Assembly: GCA_021812145.1 (NCBI GenBank)
Contig: JAKAOM010000004.1
Coordinates: 1-57,885 of the forward strand
Reading direction: 5' to 3'
DNA from: Candidatus Micrarchaeota archaeon
GTDB lineage: Archaea; Micrarchaeota; Micrarchaeia; Norongarragalinales; UBA8480
DNA length: 57,885 nucleotides
The translations under genes and the position numbers were made by a program. Of this stretch, positions 17,355 through 25,979 are shown in pieces (the first letter of the stretch is position 1; each line of letters begins with the position of its first letter). The notes below the pieces were generated by a model. It was not told where the DNA came from and did no database searches. It was given only the letters and a program-made list of their open reading frames with translations.

Positions 17355-17470
17355 CGCCAGGAGGGAGATTTTCGTTTTTTTTTAAAAATTCGAACTCCCA
17401 ACCCCGTTAGGGGACTAGCTTTCGTGTTTTGCAACTCAAGGCTAGCGCATTGCCGTTCTGCCATCCTGGC
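17355..17470 (-). tRNA. tRNA-Ser(UGA), class II, with two introns (17421..17434 at 37/38; 17369..17388 in the T-loop)
   Basis: Hand fold of the reverse strand. Acceptor GCCAGGA/TCCTGGC; D arm GCA-GAACGGCAA-TGC; anticodon stem CTAGC/GCTAG with loop CU-UGA-G...A. Variable arm CCCC-TAAC-GGGG; T arm GGGAG-TTCGAAT-CTCCC; discriminator G; no encoded CCA. Confidence 0.8.
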
Positions 17471-17559
17471 ACAATAATGTTTTGAAATGTCAAGCTTTTT
17501 ATTTTTTCTATTTTTTTACAGCGAAAGGATTAAAATGCATTAAAGCGTTTTTATTGTTT

Positions 17560-18207
17560 ATGAAGCAGTTTTTCCCAGGAGTTTATTCTTTTGGAAATAA
17601 TCCCGCTACTCTTAATCTTGTTAAAGGTACTAGTGTTTACGGCGAAAAGAGGATTCAACTTGACAAGAATGAATTCAGGGTTTGGGATCCTAAACGAAGC
17701 AAACTTTCAGCAGCCATATTAAAAGGAATTAAAACCCTTCCCATAAAGGAAGGCTCAAAAATACTTTATCTTGGAGCTGCAAACGGAACAACTGTTTCTC
17801 ACGTAAGCGACATTTTAGGTTTGAACGGAATTGTTTACTCTGTGGAATTTGCCCCTCGTTCTATGAGCGATTTAATCGCCTTAAGTGAGAAGAGAAAGAA
17901 CATAGTTCCTATCTTTGCAGATGCAAGATTCCCTGAAAAATACTCTGACGTTGGTGCTGTTGATGTTGTTTACGCAGATCTTTCTGACCCTCAACAGGTT
18001 GAGATTCTTTTGAGAAACGCCGTTTTATTCAAAGCCAAGTTTATAATGATTGCTTTGAAAGCAAGATGCGTTGACTCCAGCGAAAAGCCCAAGGTTATTT
18101 ACGATAAAAGCAGAAAAGAACTAGAAGAGAAATGCCGAATTCTAGATTTTGTTATTTTGGACCCTTTTGAAGTTGATCACGCTTTTTTTGTAGGAGAGAT
18201 GAAATAG
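17560..18207 (+). CDS. flpA: fibrillarin (box C/D rRNA/tRNA 2'-O-methyltransferase)
   Basis: Motifs WDPKRSKLSAAIL and ILYLGAANGTTVSHVSDI (SAM binding). I place the start at the internal ATG at 17560 (MKQFFPGVY). The track start at 17482 adds a Phe/Tyr-rich extension that lies in the tRNA promoter region. Confidence 0.85.
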   Translation: MKQFFPGVYSFGNNPATLNLVKGTSVYGEKRIQLDKNEFRVWDPKRSKLSAAILKGIKTLPIKEGSKILYLGAANGTTVSHVSDILGLNGIVYSVEFAPRSMSDLIALSEKRKNIVPIFADARFPEKYSDVGAVDVVYADLSDPQQVEILLRNAVLFKAKFIMIALKARCVDSSEKPKVIYDKSRKELEEKCRILDFVILDPFEVDHAFFVGEMK

Positions 18208-18398
18208 CAGTTTCAGTTTTTTCAAGCACAGCATTGCTTTTATCATTACGCAGGTCGTATAAAAATGTATTGAAAATTGTTTTTGTAAAAAAAAGAGGTT
18301 TTTTTAAGCGTATTGTGAAATACCAGAAATAGCAAAAGTTTATATATTTGCACATATTATAAATAAATAAACATTTTTAAAAAAATAAGGTGAGTTGA

Positions 18399-18626
18399 AT
18401 GGTTACTATGACTCTTGCTGTTCCAGCAGAGCTTAAGATCAAAATGGATTTCTTCCCTGAGATTAATTGGTCTGAAGTCGCCAGGCAAGCATTCGCTCAG
18501 AAGGTTGATGAACTGCAGTTTTTAAAAAATTTAAAGAAGAACAGTTCATTAACGGAGGGTGAGGCTTTGTTGTTGGGCGATAGGGTAAGCAGAAAACTTG
18601 CAAAAAGGCTGCTGGAAAAAAGTTGA
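18399..18626 (+). CDS. putative ribbon-helix-helix antitoxin
   Basis: 75 aa. An N-terminal beta-strand-like TLAVPAELKIKMD is followed by helices. Its stop overlaps the start region of the PIN gene, and GGTGAG precedes the ATG. Confidence 0.45.
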   Translation: MVTMTLAVPAELKIKMDFFPEINWSEVARQAFAQKVDELQFLKNLKKNSSLTEGEALLLGDRVSRKLAKRLLEKS

Positions 18627-18631
18627 GTTTG

Positions 18632-18958
18632 ATGGATTTAGTGGTGGATGCAAATATTCTTTTTGCAGTGCTAGTAAAAGAAGGCATTACTGAAGAGCTT
18701 CTGTTTAAGAATGATTTTCGCTTGTTTGCGCCAGAGTTTATCTTTGAAGAGTTTGAAAAGTATAGAAAACTTCTAGAGAAAAAAACAAAAAGGACTGAAA
18801 GCGATTTTAATTTGTTGTTGGAAATCCTGCAAAAAAGAATAACGCTGATTCCAAATGAAGAGCTGAGACCTTTCATTGAAAAATCAAAGAGAATATCTCC
18901 TGACATAAAAGATGTGGCTTACATTGCATTGGCTTTGAAATTGAACTGCGCGGTATGA
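18632..18958 (+). CDS. PIN-domain protein, truncated by an in-frame TGA (frame stays open to 19027)
   Basis: MDLVVDANILFAVL has the first PIN acidic residue and SPDIKDVAYIALAL the third. After the TGA at 18956..18958 the same frame reads SNDKDLKNKQKVVRVYNTIELI and then TAG. That tail resembles the usual last PIN motif, which carries the fourth Asp. Confidence 0.6.
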   Translation: MDLVVDANILFAVLVKEGITEELLFKNDFRLFAPEFIFEEFEKYRKLLEKKTKRTESDFNLLLEILQKRITLIPNEELRPFIEKSKRISPDIKDVAYIALALKLNCAV

Positions 18959-19039
18959 TCTAATGACAAAGACCTCAAAAACAAGCAAAAGGTAGTTAGG
19001 GTTTATAACACGATTGAATTGATTTAGAAATTATAAAGC

Positions 19040-20929
19040 TTATTTCAGCCTCATCGAGTCGAGATTCATTGGTGCGCGCGTTTCGGCGTGCGTTATGTGC
19101 ATGAGTGTTCTTGCGAGCTCGTCGCATTTTGTTTCGTCTCCGTGAAGCGTGAATATTTTCTGAGGTCTTGGTCTAAGGCTTTTTACATAGGAAATTAGCT
19201 CGTTTCTGTCGCTGTGCCCGCTGAACCCTTCTGCCGTGTTGACCTCCATGTTTATTTTCAGAGTTTCAATCTTATTGTTTGCATTTACCAGCGGTATTTC
19301 TTTTTGACCCGACTGTATTTTTCTTCCAAGACTAGTTGCAGCTTGATATCCTACGAATACCAGCGAATTTTTAGGGTCGTGTGAAAGCATTTTTAGGAAT
19401 TCAAGAGAGGTTCCACCGCTAAGCATTCCTGAAGGAGCCAGAATAACGCTAGGCTCGTCGCTTTCAGCTATGTCCTTTCTTTCTTTTGAAACAACGTTTT
19501 TGAAAAGCGGTTTGTCAAAGGGAGAGTTGTTCTGCAGAATTCTCTTTTGTATGTTTTTCCTTAAATATTCCGGATATACTGTGTGGATTGCATTAGCTTC
19601 CCTGCTCATTCCATCTATATACACTATCAAGTCGTTTTCGTTGAAGTGTTCTTCCAGGGTTAGCATTACCTCCTGGCTTCTTCCCACTGCAAAAACCGGT
19701 ATTAAGACTTTTCCTTTTCTTTCTATTGTGCTTTTTATCAGTCTTATGAGTTTTTCGTCTCTTTGTTCTATTCTTGGCTGCATGTCTGTTGGCCCTCCAT
19801 AAGTGCTTTCCATTATCAGCGTTTCAATTCTAGGGAATCGAGTGTCAGCCATGTCGAGAAGCTTTGTCTTTCCGTATTTTATATCTCCAGTCATAACCAG
19901 GTTGTGCTGGCCTTCCCCGAAGTTGAAGTGTACTTGCGCTCCCCCTAATATGTGCCCTGCGTTGTGGAATGTGAATTTAACGTCAGATGTTACATCTGTT
20001 ATTTCTCCGTAGTCCCTTGTTATAACATGTTGCAATTCCTTTTTAATGTCCTTTTCAGAGTATGGGCTTGAGCCGAATTCAGAGTTCATTACTTTTATAG
20101 CATCTTCCTGAAGAAGAATTGAAAGGTCCCTTGTTGGCGGCGTGCAGTATAACGGTCCTTCATAGCCGTAGGCGTACAGGTATGGAACAAATCCTGAATG
20201 GTCAAGGTGGGCGTGTGTTAGTATAACCGCGTCTATTTGGTCAAGGGAAAGGTTCATTGTGTTTAGATAGGGGTATGCTTTAGCTTTGTCTGTATTGTCG
20301 GTGTTTATTCCACAGTCTATTATTATATTGCTGTTTGGTGTTTGCAGTAGAGTTGAGCTTCTTCCCACTTCTTTGTATCCTCCAAGAGCGGTTATTTTCA
20401 CCCAATCGCAGTTTGCGTTTCCGTTCAACAGTTTTTTGCCTGTTTGAAGCATGAATTTTTTCCTTTCCTCAGCATGGTTGTAAAGCGAGTTTCTTATGGC
20501 TTTTTCAACCTCGCTTGGGCTTGTAGGTGTTCTAAGTATTTTAGGCGTCCAGCCTGTTTGCGTTATTATTTCCTTTAAGACTATCCCCTGTTTTCCTATA
20601 ACCACGCCTGGTTTGAGCGCGTCTATTATTATTTCGTTGAAGTTTGGATCGAATTTAAGGTCTGAAACCCCTGCTTCTGGAGGGATTATCTTCTTTATTT
20701 TTTCAATAGCTTCGTCCGGAGGGGTGAGTTCTGACGAGTCTGTCCTTAGTGTTACTTTTTTCTTTAGCGCGGCTGCTATTTTTGTTATTATCGTGTGGTC
20801 TTCGTAGAATGGCTTTAGGCTTTTAAGGTAAAGCACCAGTTGCGGGCCTTCCATTTCTATTTTTGTTAGTTCGCACTGGGGGGCTATTAATTGTCTTATT
20901 TCTTCTTCTACTTCCTTCAGATTTTTCAA
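19040..20929 (-). CDS. fttA: aCPSF1/FttA: KH-domain beta-CASP metallo-beta-lactamase ribonuclease (transcription termination factor)
   Basis: 629 aa with N-terminal tandem KH region, the LTHAHLDHSG MBL motif, beta-CASP motifs and a C-terminal HGD. Confidence 0.9.
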   Translation of the reverse strand: MKNLKEVEEEIRQLIAPQCELTKIEMEGPQLVLYLKSLKPFYEDHTIITKIAAALKKKVTLRTDSSELTPPDEAIEKIKKIIPPEAGVSDLKFDPNFNEIIIDALKPGVVIGKQGIVLKEIITQTGWTPKILRTPTSPSEVEKAIRNSLYNHAEERKKFMLQTGKKLLNGNANCDWVKITALGGYKEVGRSSTLLQTPNSNIIIDCGINTDNTDKAKAYPYLNTMNLSLDQIDAVILTHAHLDHSGFVPYLYAYGYEGPLYCTPPTRDLSILLQEDAIKVMNSEFGSSPYSEKDIKKELQHVITRDYGEITDVTSDVKFTFHNAGHILGGAQVHFNFGEGQHNLVMTGDIKYGKTKLLDMADTRFPRIETLIMESTYGGPTDMQPRIEQRDEKLIRLIKSTIERKGKVLIPVFAVGRSQEVMLTLEEHFNENDLIVYIDGMSREANAIHTVYPEYLRKNIQKRILQNNSPFDKPLFKNVVSKERKDIAESDEPSVILAPSGMLSGGTSLEFLKMLSHDPKNSLVFVGYQAATSLGRKIQSGQKEIPLVNANNKIETLKINMEVNTAEGFSGHSDRNELISYVKSLRPRPQKIFTLHGDETKCDELARTLMHITHAETRAPMNLDSMRLK

Positions 20930-20974
20930 AGAGTTTAATCCCTTTTTGTTTTTTGTAGTGTTTTTCTTATTTTT

Positions 20975-21592
20975 TTATTTAAAGTAGGTCTGTATTTGTT
21001 GAGCCGTTAGTTTTCTAGCCTTTTTTTGGTCTATTATAACCACGTCCACCCCTTCTCCAGTCGCCGCGTCTCTTTTCATCGCAGCTGTAACCGCTCTCAC
21101 CGCTGTTTTGAGGGCTTCTTCTTCAGTCATTCCCTCTTTGTAGCTATCGTCAAGTATTGCGTAAGCCATCGGGCTTCCAGAACCGGTTGAAGTGTAATTT
21201 TCTTTCATTAATCCTCCTGCAAAGTCTAAATCGAATAGCTGCGGCTTTGTGTCGTAACCGCCTATCATTACCTGCACATAGAAGGGGTAAAATTTTGATT
21301 GTTGAAGTATGTTTGCTAGAAGTGTTGATATTGCCTTTACAGAAGGGGCTTTTCCTTTTTTGTACTTGTACAATTCTATCTCTGCTTTTAAGTATCTTTG
21401 AAGCGCTTGATTATCTCCAACTCCTCCTGCCATTGTCATTGCGATGCTGTCTGATAATATCTGTATTTTTTCAACTGTTTTTGACGCTATGAAGTATTCC
21501 ATTGAAGCTCTTTTGTCTGCGGCTAGAATAACACCATTGTTGTAGGTTATTCCTACGGTTGTAGTTCCTTTAAGTATTTTATTTTCGTCCAT
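20975..21592 (-). CDS. psmB: proteasome beta subunit
   Basis: 205 aa. A short propeptide is followed by G|TTTVGITY, which carries the active-site Thr. Confidence 0.9.
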   Translation of the reverse strand: MDENKILKGTTTVGITYNNGVILAADKRASMEYFIASKTVEKIQILSDSIAMTMAGGVGDNQALQRYLKAEIELYKYKKGKAPSVKAISTLLANILQQSKFYPFYVQVMIGGYDTKPQLFDLDFAGGLMKENYTSTGSGSPMAYAILDDSYKEGMTEEEALKTAVRAVTAAMKRDAATGEGVDVVIIDQKKARKLTAQQIQTYFK

Positions 21593-21800
21593 TTGTAACC
21601 CATTCCTTTTAGGTTATTTTTAGAATTGCCTCTCTATTGATTTTTAGAGTGATTTAACTTTAATAATAGCAAATTATTTAACTCTTTCGTTGATTTTTGG
21701 GGTTGTTTTTTGTTTGTACGCCGTGTTTTTCTCATTTTTTAGTTTTTTTCATGGATTGCTTTTTATTTTTTCGCTTTCTGTAATTAAGCAGGTGTTTTAT

Positions 21801-22199
21801 ATGAATGGTTACAAGCATGTTTTGAAAAGTTTTCAAAAGAGTTTGAGGGCAAGAAGCGATTCTCTTAAGCAGAGACTTCATGATTGGCGTGGAGAGTCTA
21901 CTGTTGCAAGAGTTGAAGAGCCTTCCAACATTGCCCGAGCGAGAAGCGCTGGTTTTAAAGCCAAGCAGGGTTTTGTTGTTGCAAGAGTTAGAGTAAAGAA
22001 AGGAAAGCTTGTTAGAAGAGCGCCTAGGCAGGGAAGGAAGCCTGGAAGGAACAGAAAAACCCAGTCTTCTGGAATGGGTTTGAAGAGAGTTGCTGAAATA
22101 AAGGCGGGCTTGAAGTTTCCTAATCTAAGTGTTGTTAATTCTTATCTGGCCGGAGAGGACGGGCAGTTCAAGTTTTTTGAAGTCGTTTTGAAAAAATGA
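21801..22199 (+). CDS. rpl15e: 50S ribosomal protein L15e (C-terminally short form)
   Basis: 132 aa from the ATG at 21801 (MNGYKHVLKSF...). Motifs ARSAGFKAKQGFVVARVRVKKG and FPNLSVVNSYLAGEDGQFKFFEVVL are present. The track start at 21690 adds an implausible hydrophobic extension. Confidence 0.85.
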   Translation: MNGYKHVLKSFQKSLRARSDSLKQRLHDWRGESTVARVEEPSNIARARSAGFKAKQGFVVARVRVKKGKLVRRAPRQGRKPGRNRKTQSSGMGLKRVAEIKAGLKFPNLSVVNSYLAGEDGQFKFFEVVLKK

Positions 22200-22207
22200 A
22201 ATGCTAA

Positions 22208-22639
22208 ATGGATTCGTGCGTTTTCTGCAATGTTTCACTTAAAAGACTAAATCATTTGATTGGAGAGGACGAGTCCAGCATTGCTTTTCTTGACCGAAAC
22301 CCTATAGCGCGCGGCCATGTTTTGGTTATACCAAAAAAGCACGTGGAGAAGGTTGACGAGTTGAGTTCTGAAGAGCTTAGGAATTATTTTGTCTTCATTT
22401 CAAGAGTTGAAAAGGCGGTTATCGAATTTGCAGGCGTTGGTGGTGGTTGCGATATTATAAACCATTATCATCCTTTCCTTGAAGAGAGCGAGTTGGTTAA
22501 AAAGCACCTGCATTTTCATATTATCCCAAGACATTTTAACGACGGTGTTTTTAGGGGCGAGCGGTTGAGTCTGAGCGATGATGAAATGAAAGCTATTGCT
22601 TTGAAGCTTTCTAGTATTTTGAAAAATCAGCGGGATTGA
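22208..22639 (+). CDS. HIT-family nucleotide hydrolase
   Basis: 143 aa with GHVLVIPKKH and the histidine triad HLHFHIIP. Confidence 0.85.
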   Translation: MDSCVFCNVSLKRLNHLIGEDESSIAFLDRNPIARGHVLVIPKKHVEKVDELSSEELRNYFVFISRVEKAVIEFAGVGGGCDIINHYHPFLEESELVKKHLHFHIIPRHFNDGVFRGERLSLSDDEMKAIALKLSSILKNQRD

Positions 22640-23295
22640 AATCCTTTTTTGAACTTTAATTTTTTGACGTAATTTTCTATATTTTCAGCTTCGCTTTGTT
22701 TTTGTCTGACTAGCTCTTCTGGATTCATCTTTGATTTCATCATTTTATGCAGCCTTATTTCATCATCATGAAGGTCTAGTATGCCGTAAGCTTCTGCGGC
22801 TAGGTTATAAAGCTGAAGTTCTTCAAATCTTTTTGGTGCTTCCCTTCTGTCTTTTGAGAAGTTCCATGCGATAAGCGCTTTCTGAAAACTTTCATTTCGT
22901 ATTTCATCAATCCAATTATCCAAGTGATTCCAAAAATGGCGATCGGTTGGCGGGTAAGTTATAGGATTGAGCGTATCTCCAATTTTATATGATTTTGATG
23001 ATAGTGCAACAAGTTTTTTTTCTGAGAGTGTTTTGTATATTATTCCAACTAAACGGTCTTCTTTTTCCTCACTTATGTTTTTTGACACAAAATTGCTTCT
23101 CATTTCTTCAAGAATCGCGCTTATTTTCCTGTATTTATCATATTCCCTGCTTTTTGTTGGTAATTTTGATTTTTCATCTATCTGCCTTTTTATATAGGCG
23201 ATGAATCTTTCCCTTGCAGCAGAGGTTGGAAGTTCATTTACCTTTTTCAATTCGCTTCTTATTCTTTGAATATCCTGAATTACTTTTTCAACCAT
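22627..23295 (-). CDS. hypothetical protein
   Basis: 222 aa, charged and helical. I recognise no family. Confidence 0.4.
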   Translation of the reverse strand: MVEKVIQDIQRIRSELKKVNELPTSAARERFIAYIKRQIDEKSKLPTKSREYDKYRKISAILEEMRSNFVSKNISEEKEDRLVGIIYKTLSEKKLVALSSKSYKIGDTLNPITYPPTDRHFWNHLDNWIDEIRNESFQKALIAWNFSKDRREAPKRFEELQLYNLAAEAYGILDLHDDEIRLHKMMKSKMNPEELVRQKQSEAENIENYVKKLKFKKGFQSR

Positions 23296-23400
23296 GCCTT
23301 TTTATAGTAAGGGTTTAATTTTTTATATTTTGCGTTTTTAAACTTTAAAAGTTAAATCAGCAGAAAAAGCTTTTAAGTTTAAACTTTTTAATCTTTGCAG

Positions 23401-23472
23401 GGGCTCATAGTCGAATGGTAAGACGTTCGCTTGACGTGCGAGAGACTGGGAGTTCGATTCTCCCTGAGCCCA
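23401..23472 (+). tRNA. tRNA-Val(GAC), no intron
   Basis: Hand fold: GGGCTCA/TGAGCCC acceptor, GTCG..AGAC D arm, TTCGC-TTGACGT-GCGAG anticodon arm, GGGAG-TTCGATT-CTCCC T arm, discriminator A. Confidence 0.85.
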
Positions 23473-23494
23473 TTCTAAAATAAGGCGGGTTTTC

Positions 23495-24139
23495 ATGATA
23501 GACAAATCAACTATAAACAAAATGATAAAACTCGCGGAAAAGCACAACGTTAGAAGCGATCCTTCCCATGATATAACTCATTTGAAACGGGTATTGGCAA
23601 ACGCGGTTTTTATAGCTTCAAAAGAGGGGGCAGATTTGGATGTGGTGGTACCTGCTGCCATATTCCATGACCTTATAACCTATAGAAAGGATGACAAACG
23701 CTCAAAAAACGCTCAGGCAGAAAGCGCTAGGCTTGCTGGAAGGATTCTAAAAAGGATGGGATTCAAAAAACAAAAAATAAAAAGCATAGAGTACGCCATA
23801 GAGGTTTGCTCGTTTTCAAAAAACATAAAGCCCAAGACGCTTGAAGCGAAAGTGTTGCAGGACGCGGATCTTCTTGAGGCAACCGGTGCAATATCTATTA
23901 TGAGGACTTTCGCTTCTTCAGGCGTCATGCAGAGAGCGTTTTACAACGAACGGGACCCTTTCTGCAAAAATAGAAAGCCGAACTCTCTGAATTACTCTGT
24001 TGACTTGTTTTATGACAGGCTGCTAATCGCAAGAGGCAGAATGCACACCAAAACAGCGAAGAATCTTGCGTTAAAAAGAACGAAATTCCTTATAGAATTT
24101 ATAAAGCAATTAAAACGCGAGTTGAGGGTATTCAGTTAA
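23495..24139 (+). CDS. HD-domain phosphohydrolase
   Basis: 214 aa with HDITHLKRV and AAIFHDL (H...HD...D metal-binding pattern). Confidence 0.7.
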   Translation: MIDKSTINKMIKLAEKHNVRSDPSHDITHLKRVLANAVFIASKEGADLDVVVPAAIFHDLITYRKDDKRSKNAQAESARLAGRILKRMGFKKQKIKSIEYAIEVCSFSKNIKPKTLEAKVLQDADLLEATGAISIMRTFASSGVMQRAFYNERDPFCKNRKPNSLNYSVDLFYDRLLIARGRMHTKTAKNLALKRTKFLIEFIKQLKRELRVFS

Positions 24140-24179
24140 AACAAAGCTTTTAATTTCTTTGCTCCGCCTTATTTAGGTC

Positions 24180-24734
24180 ATGGAGAGGGTTCCGACTGAC
24201 GCCGAGTTTGTTTCGTTTCTTGGAAAGACTGTTAGGTGGAGAAATTCTGAGAACAAGCCGGATGCTGCTTCAAGAAGTATAAGCACGCTGCACTTCATGG
24301 GAAATATCGCAAACTCCAGCCCAAGTGGTTCTGCAAGAAGGGAGTGGGTAAAGCAGATGAAGTTTATCTCGACAAAGCATCCTGACGAGGTTGTAAGAAA
24401 GGAAGCCAGCAGAATGCTGAAAGTCGATCATAGGGTTAGTGAAAAATCTGTTTTGGAGAGACTAGTGCTTCTCAACGCCGCGGTGATGTCGGTTCACGGG
24501 CAGTTTGGTTCGAAGGCTGTTTCAGAGGATTGGATAGAGAAGCGGGGTTTGCCTTACATGAAGGATATAATCTGGAAGGGGGTAAGAAAGAATGATAAAA
24601 CCTTCAGCAAGGGTTTGAATTATCTCAAGAACATAGAGCAGAAGCACTATTCTAAAAAAATCAAGGAAAATGCAAGGATAGCGCGCAACAGTATTCAAGG
24701 GTATGTTAATGCTGTCAAGCGCTCTCAAGATTAA
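24180..24734 (+). CDS. hypothetical protein
   Basis: 184 aa. I recognise no family. Confidence 0.4.
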   Translation: MERVPTDAEFVSFLGKTVRWRNSENKPDAASRSISTLHFMGNIANSSPSGSARREWVKQMKFISTKHPDEVVRKEASRMLKVDHRVSEKSVLERLVLLNAAVMSVHGQFGSKAVSEDWIEKRGLPYMKDIIWKGVRKNDKTFSKGLNYLKNIEQKHYSKKIKENARIARNSIQGYVNAVKRSQD

Positions 24735-24774
24735 ACCAGCAGGTTAAAATAACGCCTGATTTTAATATTTTATA

Positions 24775-25323
24775 ATGAACGCTAAATCGAATCGTAAGAG
24801 CTTTTTGGATTTTGCAAGGTTGAGGAAAACAACCTACGAGTTCAGCGAAAGGAAAGTTAAAAGCAGCGATGTCCGCAAGATTCTAGAAGCAGGCAGGTGG
24901 GCTCCAAGTCCTATAAACTCGCAGCCGTGGCGTTTCATCGTGGTTAGGAAAAAAAGCAAAATAAGCAGACTTGTGGAAAACGCTTTCTATGGGTACTTTC
25001 ACACAGCGCCAAGCGTGATAATAGCTCTGGTTCTAAAAAAGGAAAGCTGGAAGGGCACTCATAGGGGGGTTAAGAACGGCAAGCTTGGTCTTTATGAGGC
25101 TTATCTTAGCATGGCAATGCCTGCCTTGAGTATGGTTTATGAGTCGCTTGATCTTGGGATAGACTCCTGTCTTCTCACTCCAAACCCTGAGAGCGTTTCA
25201 AGAATACTTAGGCTCGAGGGTGACTCAGTTCCATTGATGGTTGGCTTTGGGTACGAGAAAAAGGGCGTATTTCAGAGGGTAAGGGGGAGAAAGAGTATTG
25301 ACGAGTTGACTTCCTATGATTAG
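24775..25323 (+). CDS. nitroreductase-family protein
   Basis: 182 aa with RKTTYEFSERKV and APSPINSQPWRFIVV motifs. Confidence 0.75.
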   Translation: MNAKSNRKSFLDFARLRKTTYEFSERKVKSSDVRKILEAGRWAPSPINSQPWRFIVVRKKSKISRLVENAFYGYFHTAPSVIIALVLKKESWKGTHRGVKNGKLGLYEAYLSMAMPALSMVYESLDLGIDSCLLTPNPESVSRILRLEGDSVPLMVGFGYEKKGVFQRVRGRKSIDELTSYD

Positions 25324-25335
25324 AGGCGGTGCTGC

Positions 25336-25908
25336 GTGAAGGTCGCAAGGGCTTTGTCAGAATCGTCAAGAGGGCGTCGCGAGGTTAGGAAAGTAAGGCT
25401 TTTCATGGTAAAGGGAGGGGATTACCTGAAGGAAAGGCGGTTAGTTCTAAAAGAACTTGTCAATTCAATGAACGTCTATGGGGTTTACGTTACGCTCAGC
25501 ACGCCGTACGCAACGCTGTACAGTGATCTGAAAAAGGACGGGGTTGACGTTTCAAGGTTGTTTTTCATAGACTGCATCACTAAGTATAGCGGGTCAAACC
25601 CCAAACCTTTGAACAATTGTTCGTTTACAGACAATCAGACGCTGGCCGAGATGTCCATTTCCATAGCGGACCTTATGAACAACGGAAGCTACAATTTTGT
25701 GTTCTTTGACTCCATGACAACGCTTTTGTTATACAACAGTGTTGATTCCGCGGAGAAGTTCCTTCACTATCTGATAAACAAGCTGAGGGACTTGGGGGTA
25801 GGTATGTGCATAATTGCGGTTGACGACGAGAAGTCTAGGGAGGCTGCCAACGTTATATCTCAGTTCTGCGACGAGTTCGTGGACATGACTCGCGGTCGCA
25901 TGAAATAG
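25336..25908 (+). CDS. KaiC/RecA-fold-like protein without a visible Walker A loop
   Basis: 190 aa, with a GTG start in the track and an alternative ATG at 25405. The strand/helix pattern GVYVTLS...FIDCIT...FVFFDSMTTLL...MCIIAVDDE resembles KaiC-like domains, but no GxxGxGK[ST] is present. Confidence 0.35.
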   Translation: MKVARALSESSRGRREVRKVRLFMVKGGDYLKERRLVLKELVNSMNVYGVYVTLSTPYATLYSDLKKDGVDVSRLFFIDCITKYSGSNPKPLNNCSFTDNQTLAEMSISIADLMNNGSYNFVFFDSMTTLLLYNSVDSAEKFLHYLINKLRDLGVGMCIIAVDDEKSREAANVISQFCDEFVDMTRGRMK

Positions 25909-25979
25909 GTTTGGCGACGGCGAAAGACTTATATATTTAACTTGTTTAAACTTCATTTGTTTTAGAGGATTTAAAAAAA

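Noticed and set aside
17482-17559. N-terminal extension of fibrillarin (MKCQAFYFFYFF...)
   Set aside because: It is Phe/Tyr-rich and not fibrillarin-like, and it lies in the AT-rich divergent promoter region shared with the tRNA-Ser gene. The internal ATG at 17560 gives a normal fibrillarin N-terminus.
18956-18958. Possibility that TGA is globally recoded as a sense codon in this genome
   Set aside because: Many well-conserved genes here end at TGA exactly where their families end, with the next gene starting immediately. Examples are L14 at 27266..27268, L32e at 30162..30164, SUI1 at 26280..26282 and the reductase at 4760..4762. TGA is therefore a genuine stop, and the PIN case is local.
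21690-21800. Hydrophobic N-terminal extension of L15e
   Set aside because: L15e is a soluble ribosomal protein and the conserved sequence starts at the ATG at 21801. The extension lies in the T-rich intergenic region shared with psmB.
23338-23547. 69-aa minus-strand ORF in the track
   Set aside because: It lies directly over the tRNA-Val(GAC) gene (23401..23472) and the start of the HD-domain gene. It is almost certainly not coding.
23473-25910. Genomic island integrated next to tRNA-Val (block with higher GC)
   Set aside because: Hand counts gave 30/60 and 33/60 G+C at 24181 and 25341, against 20/60 at 10461. But r-protein and giant-gene samples are also 43-47% G+C. I found no integrase, no repeat of the tRNA 3' end and no mobile-element gene. 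The difference is likely driven by amino-acid composition.
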